Shown here: positions 48,480 through 62,364 of the stretch, piece after piece | How the letters are laid out: every line of letters begins with the position of its first letter | Position numbering within the stretch: the first letter of the stretch is position 1 | Source of the DNA: Carcharhinus amblyrhynchos | Taxonomy: Eukaryota | Assembly (NCBI GenBank): GCA_965287045.1 | Contig: OZ336890.1 | Span: forward strand, 20,708,001-20,772,000 | Direction: 5' to 3' | DNA length: 64,000 bases | The notes under the pieces: generated by a model | What the model was told of the DNA's origin: nothing | Databases searched by the model: none | Seen by the model: only the letters and a program-made list of their open reading frames with translations | Position numbers and translations under genes: made by a program

Positions 48480-49760
48480 AATGAGATAGACAACTGTTGA
48501 TTGTTAGCCTGAAGATGGATGGGAAGTGAAACAGTCGAGAGAAATGTGTTGAACTCAATATATAATTAGCATTTATTCCTCAATATTTGATCTCGATAAA
48601 TAAAGAGCAAGCAGAGCAGCAACTTTATTGTGAAGGCATTTATTAATGTCACTAACTCAATGTTTTATCACTTTCTATTGTTTCATGTCAAATCTGAACA
48701 CAAGTCCCTGAGGTTTTCTTGGTGTACTTGTATTGATGTAGATGCCTGTCTGTGTGTGTCTGTGAAGGTAGTGTGTAGTCAATATGACATAATATATTGA
48801 TAATTCACATCAGAAGAAGCCAGTATTATGCATGGTGTTGTACACCATGTTTTTCATTTAATTTGGATATAAATTATGTTTGCACATTCGTGTTTAATCT
48901 CACCTCCACTGGCCCATCAGAATGACCCTGTCTCTTAACTAACACGGACATGAAACACGGAGTGGGTTTAACATTAATGAAAACCTCCCTCACATCTCAT
49001 TAGGAGAAGACGCAAGGCCTTGTTTAATGAATTATTAAAGTTCCCCATTGGTTAGCGGTAGTTAAAAATTAATTGCATTCATCCCTTCTTGTCATTTGTA
49101 CCTGATAGAACATCACTTTTATTGATCAAAGATGTGCGTTGTCATAATTTATCTTTGTACAGCATTTGGGATAAGGAGCATTTTGTCCTCATCACACAAC
49201 TCAATGTTTCTTTTAATGTTTTGAGGAACATCTATCACTAAAGAAATTGACTGCTTCAAGGTCTAGTTATGTTATATTTTCAGACTTTTTGAAAATACTC
49301 TTCTGAAATCCAATGGAAACAAAGACAAGTTAGCCTTGTCAGTAGAAATATTTCTCATTGATCACTACAGCAGCCCATTTCTACCAAATACTTACTGAGT
49401 GGTTGAATATCTCACAAACATTGCATCCATGGAACTCCTCCGTATGTGTTAGAAATGGTTTTGCGAATTGAAACAATGCACCATAATGGTTTAACATTTT
49501 ATTTTACCTGCTGGCAGTTGGGTGTGGAATTGTCTGGGGTGCTCAGATCCAGAACACAATCTGCAGTGAGTCTACACATTGCATATAAGTTGAAGAGTGC
49601 ACCGTTACTCTACAACTGGACACTTTCTATGTTTGCTATACAGTATTCACTGTTACATTGTCTTTCCACCTTGACATATAGAATATACGGAATGCACCAT
49701 TACATTGTTATATACACTTGGAAAGGCATAAAAGTATTGCCTGAAAATTGATTTAATCAG
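48480..49760. promoter_or_regulatory. Repeat-free AT-rich block, candidate CNE cluster
   Basis: About 1.3 kb without recognisable TEs; dense TAAT/ATTA and ATTGTT motifs. Confidence 0.3.
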
Positions 49761-49772
49761 TTTGAAAATTGA

Positions 49773-50051
49773 TCAGTTCCACTTTCCCGCTTTCTCCCCA
49801 TAACCCTTAATTCCCTTGTCTATCAGAAATCTATCTACCCGTGACTTAAATATATTCAATGAGGTAGCCTCCACCACTTCAATGGGCAGAGAATTCCAGA
49901 GATTCACCACCCTTTGAGTGAAGAAGTTCCTCCTCAACTCCGTTTTAAACTGCTCCCCCCTTATTTTGAGGCTGTGCCCTCTAGTTCTGCTATCCTTTCT
50001 AAGTGGAAAGAATCTCTCTACTTCTACCCTATCTAGCCCCTTCATTATCTC
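49773..50051 (-). mobile_element. CR1 3' fragment related to the young subfamily
   Basis: GLDRVEVERFFPL...FFTQRVVNLWNSLP...GIKGYGEKAGKWN. Confidence 0.9.
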
Positions 50052-51169
50052 GCAAGATGGCTGAAATCCATATACGTTGATAAGAAGTCCTGTCATGATT
50101 GTCCCACCCCCACTCTGGTGATGTAATGGGATTCCTGATGTTCAACGTCAGGGAACCCCATTAGAATAAATTTTAATTTAATTATCGGGCCTCTATGCAT
50201 GATAACATACCCCCCTCCCCACCCCACCCACCCGGCCCGGGTCCCAGGCATTGCCCGGGGATGGGGTGGGTGTTGCACAGGGGGAGGGGGAGTTTATATC
50301 AGACAACCGTTAAACATTTCTCCCGATCTTTGGGTCATTCAAACCCAGGAAAGGTCAGACGGTAACTATAAAATTATACTACGGACCCATTGAATCTCTA
50401 TTGGATCCTATGACAACTCCGTACTCCACTGACTGCCCCATGTCCCTCTCATTTATTTCCTGTCCTCCTGACTATCCCCCAAGAAACCCACCTACTCCCA
50501 TCTCCTGACAACCTGCCCTATCCACCTGACTAGACTCTGATCTACCACACTGTCCCCATTCCTTGACTCCTCTCGACAACACCTCGACCAACCCAATCCC
50601 CTGACAACCCTCCTGATTCTGCCAACCCCCCACCTCTGATTACCCCTCAACCAGCTGACAATACCTGCCAATTCACCACCTGACTATCCCAACCCCCAAA
50701 TTAATCATCCTCGACCACTTCCCCTATCCCATCTAGTCTCTTACCCTGACCATCCCCGACTATACCGTCCACCCTGACTACCACTCTGACCACCTAACTA
50801 GATTCCTGATCCCCTTGATCCATCATATCCCCTCATCCACTTACCTGACACCCCATATCCTTATTCATCCACCTCTCATCTATCCTGTCACCCTCTTAGC
50901 TGTCACTACCCCCCAACACCTTAGCCCCCACCCACATGCCATTCTACCCCCTCATCCACTTTCCATTCCATCCCCTCAGCCAACCACCTGCCACCCTAAG
51001 CATTCATCTCTGTCATCTTATCCCGTCATTCTCACCTGCCACCCTACTTCCTCACCCGCTTACCTTACACACTTAGCTTTCTCTCTGCAGCTCCTCAAAG
51101 TGACCTTGGAACATTTAAACTTACTGGAATATGGCAGGTGATGTCGTAAAAAAAGGTATGGTTTGTCTT

Positions 51170-51442
51170 CCTATGACCCATCAAGTCTGCAATGATCACA
51201 AACCCACCAGGCCCTATCCCCATAATCCCAGGCATTTACTCTAGCTAGTCCCCCTGACAGTGGCAATTTAGCATGGCCAATCCACCTAATCCGCACATCT
51301 TTGGAGTGTGGGAGGAAATTGGACACAGGCACACAGACACGGGGAAAACCTGCAAACTCCACACAGACAGTGACCCAAGCCAGGAATCGAAATCAGGTCC
51401 CTGGCACTGTAAGGCAGCAATGCTAACTACTTTGCCACCATG
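51170..51442 (-). mobile_element. HE1 V-SINE
   Basis: Head, V-domain and partial tail. Confidence 0.85.
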
Positions 51443-51872
51443 CACATATTCATAGTACATAGTATGTATATTTTATATATGGGACATGCAGTTTGTGTAC
51501 TGACTTTATGCATATATAAAGTACACATTGATTTATGTTGTCCCTTTAAGATATTTAAGTTCTGCTTTAGTAATCCACTTCCATATTTATCTTACAATCA
51601 ACTCCATTTAATGTCGACTACAATGAAGTGTTTGTTTTGACCGGGTGGGTGTGTTATCACGGGTGTGTTGGATAGATAACGTTGTTTAACAAATATATCA
51701 TATCACACATAGATATCAGTGCACCATAACAATGCAAGATAGTGAGGACAAGTCTAGTATCTTGGAGACCGAAAAACAAATTTTAAGTACTTAGATCCCA
51801 ATTGCTAAAATCCCAAAGTTTACACTTTAGTCAGTGCAGGGTACAGGTCCCTTGTCATTAACATGCAGGAAT

Positions 51873-52750
51873 GAGCAACACGATGGCACATTGGTTAGCA
51901 ATACCGCCTCACAGCGCCAGGGACCCGGGTTCGATTCTCGCCTCAGGTGACTGTCTGCATGGAGTTTGCATGCTCTCCCCATGTCTGCGTGGGCTTCCTC
52001 CGGGTGCTCTGATTTCCTCCCACAATCCAAAGACCTTTGGGTTATCATAAAGTCATAGAGCAATACAGCATAGAATCAGGCCCTTTGGCCTGACTGATCC
52101 ATGGTGCCCTCCCAGCTAATCCCAATGGCCTATGTTTGGCCCATATCCCTCTAATCCTTTCCCATCCATGTACTTATCCAAATGCTTTTTAAATGTTCCC
52201 AATGTACCTGCATCAACCACGTTCTTTGGCAGCCCGTTCCATATACACACCACTCTCTGCATGAGGTTGCCCTTCAGGTCTCTTTTAAATCTTTCCCCTC
52301 TCAACTTAAGCCTATGTCCTCTAGTTTTCAATTTCTCTTTCCCTGGGAAAAATACTATGTGCATTCATCCTATCTATGCCCCTGATGATTTTATACACCT
52401 CAATAAGGTCGACCCTCATCCTTGTATGTTCCAAAGAATAAAGCCCGAGCCTGGCTAACCACTCCCTACAACTTGGGTCCACTAGTCCTGGCAGCATCCC
52501 TGTAAACCTTTGCACTCTTTCCAGTTTATCAATGTCTTTCCTATAACAGGGGGACCAAAACTGTACACAATACTTCAAGTGTGGCCTTACCAATGACTTA
52601 TACAACTTGATTGGCCATGGTGAATTGCTCCTTAGTGTCAGGGGGATTAGCAGGGTAAATACCTGGGGTTACGGGGATAGATCCTGGGTGAGATTGTTGT
52701 AAGTGCTGGGCCGAATGGCCTCCTTTTGCAATGTCGGGATTCTATGACTC
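51873..52750 (+). mobile_element. HE1 V-SINE split by a CR1 insertion
   Basis: 5' half to about 52040; 3' half resumes ttgattggccatg at about 52607. Confidence 0.85.
52043..52606 (-). mobile_element. CR1 ORF2 C-terminal fragment
   Basis: YKSLVRPHLKYCVQFWSP; TRGHRLKLRGERF. Confidence 0.9.
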
Positions 52751-53227
52751 TAATATAGGAAGTACCAGTGTTACCCTCATATCAGGTCAGTGTCTAGCTT
52801 CATGAGACATCAGTATAATATTCCATCAGAGTGACTGTTGTAGGCAGTTTGGTCTTGACATTGCGCGGGATGTGACACAAGCTGTTGAGAGGTTTGTTGT
52901 GTCTTGTGTTGTAAACTGAGTCATTAGAAATGTTTTGAGAACGTGGCTGTTCTTCCCTGCCTCTCAGAACATTTCAGACTCCCCGTGCTGCTAATGTGGC
53001 AACACATGTGTGTGGAGATTTACACGATGGCAGGAGGTGCCAACATGAGATGTAATGGGCTGTAAACTGCTCCCAGTAGCTGCTAGTCACGTCCAAGCAC
53101 AGCTTAAAAGACCTGGAGCACAACTCAATGTAATCAACCTTGGACAGCCCTAAATCAGCCATGCACAAGGAGGAATAAACCTATTTACAGGCTCTGCCTT
53201 TGAATTTCAAGCTCTTTGTCTTTATTT

Positions 53228-53450
53228 GAGGTGTTAAACTGAGGGCTGATCTGCTCTCTCAGGTTTACATAAAAGACCCCATGGCATTTTTCAAAGGAGA
53301 GAAGTGGGGGCCTCCCTGATGTCCTGGGCAATATTTATCCATTGCTGTGTGAAATTTAGCTGCCACATTTCCTGTATTACAGCAGTGACTACACTTCTAA
53401 AACACTTCATTAACTTGATGAAGTCGTGAATGATGTTATATAAATACAAA
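53228..53450 (+). mobile_element. Deu-type SINE 3' part
   Basis: gtaaaaga.cccatggca-like core, gtgactacactt, ttatataaatacaa tail. Confidence 0.65.
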
Positions 53451-53924
53451 TCTTTCTTTCCTTTTAAAATTACAAGAGGATCATTTCATCAACTGATACC
53501 AGATGGAGGCAAATATTACTTTGGAACAACCTTCCAGGAACTGCGCTGGGGAGCTTTTGCCAGACAGCTTTGATGATTGAAAAGGTCCTGATTTCCGGCT
53601 GCACTGATTGGACTCTGAAATTCAGAGGCACACCTTTCATGCAAAGAAATCAACGTACACCATGACCATGTGTGCACATATACAAAGTCAACTCCCTATT
53701 GAAGAATGGAGGAAGTAGTGAACAGAAAGGAGTAAAGCTGTCAGGAAGGAGAATGCGTCAGGACTCAGGCCACAAGACCTGTTTGTCAGTTTGTAGTGTC
53801 ACTGAAAATTAATCAAAGTTTTTTTTCCTATATAGCTATTTGTTAATTTATAATATGTAAAATCATACAACTACATTCATTACCTTTTCAATTGCAAGTT
53901 CCTATGTCTCGATTTTATCATGGA

Positions 53925-54210
53925 ATGGTGGCACAGTGGTTAGCATTGTTGCCTCACAGTGCTAGGGACCTGGGTTCGAATCTCGGCTTGGCTCACTGTC
54001 TGTGTGGAGTCTTCATGTTCTCCCCATGTCATCATGGGTTTCCTCCCACAGTCTGAAAGACGTGCTGGTTAGGCGCATTGGCCATGCTAAATTCTCCCTC
54101 AGTGTACCCAAACAGACGCTGGAGTGTGGTGACAAGGGGACTTTCACAGTAACTTCATTGCAGTGTTAATGTAAGCCTACTTGTGACAATAATAAATAAA
54201 CTTTAAACTT
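53925..54210 (+). mobile_element. V-SINE with alternative tail (well preserved)
   Basis: ggtggcacagtggttagca...gtaacttcattgcagtgttaatgtaagcctacttgtgacaataataaataaactttaaactt. Confidence 0.92.
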
Positions 54211-54692
54211 GAAATGGAAACTGCACATGCAACACTTGTCGCACTGCAGTTACACGCTCCCACCACTGGCAAATCCCTCAGGTTTTGCTTCCCAGGTTGG
54301 AATTTTCCAGCTGCACTTGCCCCGAAGCTGGAAAATCCTGCCTGAGGTCAATGGACTTTGCATGGTCCATGACCCACCATGACGATTCCCTTGCTGGGTG
54401 GGATGGGTAAATTCCATCCCTATTAAGTAACTGGTGAACAACTAAGTCTGAAGTTTCTCTTTTACCTTCAGCAAGTTTATTCTCAAAACAATTAGCAGAT
54501 TAACAGTCACCTTCTGCTTCCCCTGTCCCAGTTGTATCTATTTAAACTCCTTTGGAGACTGAACCAATGACCATTGCCTTCCTTTAAGGATGCAATTGCC
54601 TAAACATTGGAAATGTCAAAAAATGCAATTGCTAACACATCGACATTCTCTCCTGTCCTAAGCTTGTATTTCAGAGAAAGTCCAAAATCTAT

Positions 54693-54806
54693 GGCTGGGA
54701 TTTTCCAGCACTGCCGTGGCATAATGCCACGGGCCAGCTAAAATTCCATTGATTTTTGATGGGAAAGGACGGTCCCGGTGGTGGGCGGGGCTGGATAATT
54801 CCGCCC
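54693..54806. mobile_element. 114-bp Harbinger-like MITE (a related element lies at about 54258-54420)
   Basis: TIRs ggctgggattttccagc / gctggataattccgccc. Confidence 0.65.
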
Positions 54807-54904
54807 GATGTTATTTATGAACTTTATATTCTGGTATTCAAGCAAAAGTTACAAAATCTAATCAGAATCTCATACATGTGTTAGGACTAAGTTAATCTTT
54901 CTCA

Positions 54905-55425
54905 ACACCCCAGCTACAACTGTAACACTACCTTCTGCACTCTTTCCTTCCTTTCTCTACGAATGATATGCTTTATCTGTATAGCGTGCAAGAAACAATA
55001 ATTTTTACTACAAGCTAATACATGTCTACACTCTGTCTATACTTACCTCTGCCTCCCCAAAGGAGCCAGCATAATTAAGGATCCCAGGCACTCCAGTCAT
55101 TCTTTCTTCCACCTTCTTCCTTTGGGAAAAGGATACAAAAGTCTGAGGTCATGTACCAACTGACTCAAGAACAGCTTTCTCCCTGTTGCTGCCAGACTTT
55201 AGAATGGACTTATCTTGCACTAAGTTGATCTTTCTCTACACCCTAGCTATAACTGTAACACTACATTCTGCACACTCTCATTTCCTTCTCTTTGAACAGT
55301 ATGTTTTGTCTGTATAGCACGCAGGAAACAATACTTTCACTGTATGTTAATACATGTGACAATGATAAATCAGATCAAAATCAAATTAAATGTGACAATA
55401 ATAAGTCAAATCAAATCAAATCAAA
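54905..55425 (+). mobile_element. Rex1 LINE 3' end with duplicated 3' UTR
   Basis: acaccc.agcta..actgtaacactac segment occurs twice; TCAAA tail. Confidence 0.8.
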
Positions 55426-55899
55426 TATAATGTATAACTTTGAAATGGGAACTGATTTATGTCCATACACTTGTCCAATTGCCCTGCCCTCTAATACTAC
55501 TTAGCTGAGGAATTCTCTTTGGCATGGCTCATCAGTAAAGCAAAAAGGCGATTCATGTTTCTGCTGTGGGCACCTGCATTAGGATCTGACGTTTCTGAGT
55601 ACGGTGGATGCATGGTGTATTTCCAGCAGTTGCAGTTTTTGTTCTTTTCATTTCTGGTCACTTTATTTCTTAGTTCACCATAATGTTCTGTCTATGACCA
55701 AAGCCCCAGTAAATCAAGAGTAAAAGTAAATCGGGAGGGAGGGTGGGATGCGAGTGAGGCTGGTGGGGGGACAGGATGTGGGGGAGAGTTCTTTTTTCAA
55801 TTACTATTCAAAGTTACTTACTGAGAGGAATGGTCCATCTCCATTATGCTTTCTAAATAAGAATGCATACTTGTAACATGCTGTAACCATAATGAATAA

Positions 55900-57700
55900 G
55901 CCTAAAAGATGGAAACTGGTGAATGGATATTTGTTATTAATCGGTTTAATTTTTTTTTAAACTGAGTAAAGAGTCACTTTATACCATCTGAAGTAACCTT
56001 TGTGCTGCACAAGTGCCAAACATCAATTAACACATTGTATCCTTTATCATTGAACCAAAATCACTCCTGCCCGGTATACCTTGCCTGTATACCTGTTCTT
56101 TAGCAAGAGGGATTATTTGCCATGTGTATCTAAGAATAATGCATTTGAGGCACTCAATTTACCATTTTTTAAGTTTATTTATTTATTAATCATAAGTACT
56201 GACTGGTTGTTGCATTCATATAGTATTTTCCTGTCTGCTCTCTTAATGGGGATATTAACCTTTGTTTTTCTTTGTTTGCTGTAAGTCTAAAACAGCACCA
56301 TTGGCCAAAAGAGCAAGTGGGAAAGAGAAAACTGAATTCACTGCTTTCAAAGTACCCATAGAATGTTCTTGAGAGCAATGCATAATGAGTCAGCCGCAAT
56401 GCTTGTTGCCATTAAAAACTAACTTGGGTCATTGAGGAGGTGTATGTTGGTTTAAATAATCATTATGTGACATCCCCACTGTTAGATTGGCAAGCATCTC
56501 AGCATCAAAGCCGCATGAGGCCTACTTCAAGTGGGTCTCATTTATGCCAGTGCGATTTTTGTAACTGAAAAATGTAGTGCCTTACAGTGGAAAATAGAGG
56601 TGTAAATGAGTCAGATCTTTCCCACCAATTGCGTGGAGCACCGGAACAATGAAGTGAGCAGTTGGAGATCGCTAGCAGGAAACCAACTGACTAGCGAAAG
56701 AGAATTTCAATTCACTTTCAGGCAAAGTTGACTCACTTCCAACTTTAGATCATAAAGATGAGCTTCTGGAAGCTCAGCGAGGTTTCTCAATGAGCCTTGC
56801 TGCACTACAACAAGTTTGGGCAGATTACTTGCATGAAACGGACAGGCACTGTTTAGGCTGGCGATGCAATTAAAATGTACATTTCTTGAGCTTTTCCTCC
56901 ATTTGGTTGTGTTGTTACACAACAGCTTTAGCCAAATTAATCCCGTTATTTGCCTAACCCCGCATTTGACCACATCAGGGATGTTCTTAACATTAGCCAC
57001 ATTTCTGGAGACTGCCTTCGTTTAGTTGTGTTAACCCTTAGGGCTTGCATTATATTAGAAAAATTCCAACATGTCAAGCTGAATTTAAACAACGATGGGC
57101 TGGCTCCTGGGGGTGGGGAAGGGGGGGTTTGAGGGGCAGGCGGGAAAACTGACAGTGGTAATCATAGTTGAAGTAAATACACAATCTTTGACTCTGCTTT
57201 TGAAGCACTGTTCAGATAATGAAGCTTATGTCGAACACTCGGGACCTATGGTGCTTCCTCATTCCAAGGTTACGCCAGTGTGACTGTGGGGCTCCAGGAA
57301 GCCTCAGTATTCCAGAGAATCGCCTGCAGCTCTGTCATGGATAGGGCAAGCTGGGGCAATGCATGCACTATTAGGAATTCTGAAACAATAAACCAGCTCG
57401 GGGGTCTAATATTTTGTTTATGCTGAGCTCGAAGCAGTAATCAGTGCTCGACATTTAAAATTACTGCTGCCAATTTGAGTTCGACTGTTGAGCTTTTTCT
57501 TGCACTCGCAGGCAGCCCTACCCGAAGAAGAAACAGCAGTGCTGCAGATTGTGTAGAAGGACTGCAAGCAAAGGTTTTCTTCTGAATGACAAAAAGTTTC
57601 AGTTTAATGTAAAGGAGGGCTGCTGCGCTGAACTGGCTGCTGTTTGTCTCTACCAGCCTCACAACTTGTCTTTGCTAGAGGATGGAGAATAATCAAGACT
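55900..57700. promoter_or_regulatory. Repeat-poor block, candidate enhancer cluster
   Basis: About 1.8 kb without clear TEs; two ATGAGTCA (AP-1) sites near 56385 and 56606. Confidence 0.3.
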
Positions 57701-57796
57701 GAGTTGTCCCATCAGCTTAGCAGGATGGAGATCAACAACAACATTCCAACTACCATCACCTCATCCCTAGTGTTGCCAACTGTGACTAAACGTACT

Positions 57797-59308
57797 TTGA
57801 TTTGATTTATTATTGTCACATGGATTGGGATACAGTGAAAAGTATTATTTATTGTGTGTTATAGAGACAAAACAGAAAGGAGAGGGTGCAGAATATAGTA
57901 TTGCTACAGATAGGGTGTAGAGCATGATAAGCTCAATATAAGGTAGGTCCATTCAAAAATCTGATGGCAGCAGGGAAGAAGCTGCTCTTGAGTCGGTTAG
58001 TACGTGTTCTCAGATTCTTGTATCTTTTTCCCGATGGAAGCGTGGAGTCCTTGAGTATATTGGCTGCTTTTCCAAGATAGCGGGAAGTGTAGACAGGGTC
58101 AATGGATGGGAGGCAAGTTTGTTTGATGGGCTGGGCCAGGTTCACAATTCTTTGTAATTTCTTGTGGTCTTGGACAGAGCAGCAGCCATACCAAACTGAA
58201 AGAAAGAATGCTTTCTATGGTGCATCTGTAGAAGTTGGTGCAAGTTACAGTGGACCTGCCAAATTTCCTTAGCCTACTGAGAAAGTAGAAGCATTGATGG
58301 AATTTCTTAACTATAGTGTCATCGTGGAGGGACAAGGGAAGGTTGTTGATGATCTAAACATCTAGAAATTTGAAGCTCTTGACTATTTCCACTTCATGGA
58401 GACAGAGGCATGTCCCCCACTATTCTTCCTGAAGTCGATGACTATCTCCTTCGTCTTGAGAACAAAGAACAGTACAGCACAGGAACAGGCCCTTTGGCTC
58501 ACCAAGCCTGCACCGGTTATGTTTACCTATCTCGACCAACCACCTGTATCCCTCTATTCCTGTCAGTTCATGTGTCTATCCAGCTTAGTCTTAAATATTT
58601 AACATATTTGCCTCAATCACCTCACTGGGCAGTGCGTTCCAGGTCACCACCACCCACTGTGTAAAGAATATCCCCTGCACATCTCTATTGAACCTTTCCA
58701 ACCTTGTCTTGAATTTGTGTCCCCTTGTAATTGTCATTTCTGCCTGGGGAAAAAGCTTCCAACTGTTCCCCTTATTTATGCCCCTCATAATTTTATAAAC
58801 TTCCATCAGGTCACCCCTCAGCCTCCGTCTTTCCAGTGAGAATAATGCCAGTTTATTCAATCTCTCCTCATAGCTAATACCCTCCATAAAAGGCAACATC
58901 CTGGTAAACCTTTTCAGTACTCTTTCCAAAGCCACCACATCCTTCTGGTAGTGTGGACACAGTGTTCCAAATGTGGCTGACCCAACATTTTATATAACTG
59001 TAACATAATTTGTCAATGTCCTGGTCGATGAGGGCAAGCATGGCGTAGGCTCTCTTCACCACCTTTTCCACCAGTACTGCAACTTTTAAGAATCTGTGGA
59101 CTTGTACACTGACATTGAGGGAGAGATTATTGTTTTTGTGCTATTTCACCAGATTTTCTATCTCTTTCCTGTACTCCATCATTGTTTGAGATCTGACCAA
59201 TTATGGTGTTTTCATTAGCAAATTTGAAAATTGAGCTGGAGCAGAACTTGGCCATGCAGTCATAAGTGTGTAAGGAGTATAGCAAGGGGCTGAGGACACA
59301 GCCTTGAG
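57797..59308 (-). mobile_element. Rex1 LINE split by CR1 (about 58458-59107)
   Basis: RLKSSFFPAAIRFLN; YFLSRLRKFG; nested ALERVLKRFTRMLP CR1 ORF. Confidence 0.88.
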
Positions 59309-59744
59309 GATAATCATGGAGGAGCTAAGTCACTGACATGCGATGCCAGGGGTGAGGCCATGCAAGAGAACAGAACCCCATCTCCACCACTCGCGTAACA
59401 TAGAAGCAGATGTATTCGCACGTGTGTGACATGAGTCATTTAAGTACGTTTGACAGCAACATAGTTTTATTAGTACATGTTCCTGTTGGTTTTGTTTGAT
59501 TAATATAAATGTAAGGTAAGTATTCATCTTTCAAAAGAAGATTGTTGTGATGTTTTATCACATTTATTAGAATGTTTCAAATAAATGTGTTGTCTTGTCA
59601 TGCTTTTAGCATGTATGTCTTTTTTTGGACATTAATTAATAATTTAATTCACATATTTAATAAAATAAAACACGTGAATTTATTATCTTCAGCTGTGAAA
59701 AAGCAGGAAATGTTTATGGTTTCCATTACTTGTCATTAATTATT

Positions 59745-59913
59745 TTGCAATGGTATATGCTCTGTCTGAGGCCAGAACTCTCCATTCACCTGACGAAGAG
59801 GGAAACCTCGAAAGCTTGTGCGTTTACTATCAAATAAATCGGTTGGACTAAAACCTGGTGTTGTCAGACTTTTTACTGTGTTTACCCCAGTCCAATGCCA
59901 GCACATCCACATC
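59745..59913 (+). mobile_element. Penelope pLTR variant subfamily
   Basis: aaataaatcggttggactaaaacctggtgttgtcagacttttt (same variant as 2140-2186). Confidence 0.85.
59786..59820 (+). ncRNA. Minimal hammerhead ribozyme, variant stem II
   Basis: TCAC-CTGACGA-A-GAGG-GAAA-CCTC-GAA-AGCT-T-GTG. Confidence 0.72.
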
Positions 59914-60252
59914 AGCATTTATTGCCCATCCCTTGTTGTGTTTGAGCTGAGTGGTTTGCTTGGCCATTTCAGAGGGCAGTTGACAGTCAACCACATTGCT
60001 GTGGCTCTGGAGTCACATGTAAGCCAGACCAGGTAAGGACAGCAGATTTCCTTCCCTAAAGGGCATTAGTGAACCAGCTGAATTTTTCCAACAATCAGCA
60101 AAGGTTTCATGGTCATCAGTAGATTCTTAATTCCAGATGTTCTTATTGAATTCAAATTCCATCATCTGCCATGGTGGGATTCGAACCCAGGTGTTCAAAG
60201 CATTAGCTGAGTTCTGGATGAACAGTCCAGTGATATTAGGCCATCACCTCCC
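59914..60252 (-). mobile_element. tRNA-derived SINE, family B
   Basis: Reverse complement of family B. Confidence 0.85.
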
Positions 60253-60769
60253 CAGTCAGGCCATCCCTATATGTTTAAAGATAAATGGATCTCCCTGTGA
60301 TGTTTCATTGTCTCTGGACTGCCTTCAGTTTCTTGTTCCTCAATTCTCATAATGAATCACATAGTGTGATAATAACTTAATGTCAAAATGATGGCTATTG
60401 TATTTCCCGTTGAGTTTTTCTGAACCAAGTTACTATAATTATATACTGTGTTGTATATTGGCTTCCAAAATTGTTGCTGGTTTTTTGAAATTGCAGGATT
60501 AATATATAGTATTACTTTGTAATCTAATAAATCCAAGTTACACACTGTTTCTGAGTACACAAGTCTAAACAGCTATCTGTTTCCACTGGGGTCTTTAGCA
60601 TCAGTTCAAAACGATCTATTTAAAGTTGATTCACTTGAATAGTAACCATTTCATGTGTTCATATACCCAGTTTCACCTATACACAGCACTGCATCATCCG
60701 AATCCCAACAAAGTGTAATATTGAACTTTTAACTGTATCTCTCTCTCTGCTGATGTTGCTAGACCCATT

Positions 60770-60897
60770 GGGTGGAATTTAACCAACACATCTGCCCGAG
60801 GTTTGTACGATCCCGCCCAAGGCCAATGGAGGGTGCCGTTCTCCGAGCCTTGCCAGCCCTCGGAATTGGGGGCAGGCATGTCAGTAAAATTTTGGCC
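60770..60897. mobile_element. Harbinger-like MITE with 3-bp TSD
   Basis: gggtggaattt ... aaattttggcc termini; ATT duplicated on both sides. Confidence 0.7.
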
Positions 60898-62067
60898 ATT
60901 GAGTTTCTATAGTTTTTATTTCAGATTTCCCAAATCTGCAGTATTTCGCTTTTATGTTATTGATGCAGGACTGGGCAGTCTGCATCTTAATGAAGGATTT
61001 GGCAGTGGAAGAACTAATAAGGTTGACACTAGAAAGGGAGAAATAAAAAAAAGGATGGATACTGCGGATGGTACATTTTCCACATGCTTTTAATCATTGT
61101 AAACTTCGAGTGCAATTGTTGAAAAATAGATGATTCAATTTATATTGAATTGTACCAGCTCAGAGGGTTCTCTCTTTCTCAGGTAGTCCCTAGAAGCAAG
61201 AAGGCATTTACCATGGAGTCTATTCCATGGCACGAACCTATGTGTGGAGTGTTCTAATGTGAGGAGGCTGTTGTGCTGCAGTTCTCGCATGGCTCTGGCT
61301 GAGCAGGAGACTCTCCCACTCCTGCGCCAGCCATTTTGTCATATCAGGAGAGCCTGCTGCTTGATAATCAACTGTTTGGTCATATTACGAATGCATCTTC
61401 CAAATTTCCAGAGTGAGACTTGAACTCATAAGGTTCTAACACAACTTAAATTGAAATAATTCATGTGCATTAGGGTGAGGATGCCTTCCAGTCTGGGCTA
61501 GCTTTGAATCCAAGTTCAATGGGTGGAAGGTTAACATTCTGCCACAAATTACAGACTCACAGATAGTGATGGATCATTTGATCTAGAAGAATTAAGATCC
61601 TAATCCAGCAATGTCATCCAGCCAATCCTCACAACAGATTTTTGAATTAACATTGTGCCATGCTGGGGTTGGGAAGAGAGCGATATTAAGCCTACCTACC
61701 CAATGGAAAATGGGTGGGTGGCCAGTTGAACATCTCAAGTCAGTTAACTGGTCTGTAGGGAGTTGACCCTGCTGGGATATTTAATGAAGGCAACACAAGG
61801 ACATCCACATAAAGAGCACATTACTGCTTAGTATGGAGAATCTTGAACACACCTTCAGAACCTGACTCCAATTTGCAATAGTGGGCTTGAGTGGCAAATG
61901 TATTTGGGTTTCCTACTGGGCTGGGCTGGCTTAGAGAAATCGGTGACCACGGCTCTAGGAAATCCTGAAAGGTAAGCTCCCATTTCAAAACTTACTCCTG
62001 GTGGGGCCAGAAGTAGGAGCACTCTGCTGGGTCCTGAAGGATCCTAGGTGCTACAATTGTGCCTACC

Positions 62068-62364
62068 TGTAATGACTTTAATCAAACAACTGAAGTTGGC
62101 CTATTAGAATATGAACTCCCTGAGTAAGGGCATCTTAAGTTAATTTGATTCCGTTTATCTGGTTGGACAACAAAAGATGTCCCTGATTAAGGGCCAAATT
62201 GATGGGCCACTCAGGGAGCCCCTTGCTTTGTATTTAACCGGGAGTGCCAGTTCCTCTGGGACTCTGAGTGTAGTCTGCTAACTGAAAGCACTCTGTATGC
62301 TGTTGTCAGACTTGTTAATAAAGAGATTTTGGTGAAGGGACTTCTGCCTCCGAACACTATCCCG
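62068..62364 (+). mobile_element. Solo LTR
   Basis: TGTAATG start, TATA-like tgtatttaa, aataaa at about 62317. Confidence 0.55.

Noticed and set aside
50400-51100. C-rich strand-asymmetric tract with Pro/His-rich ORF
   Set aside because: Degenerate low-complexity interior of a non-autonomous repeat
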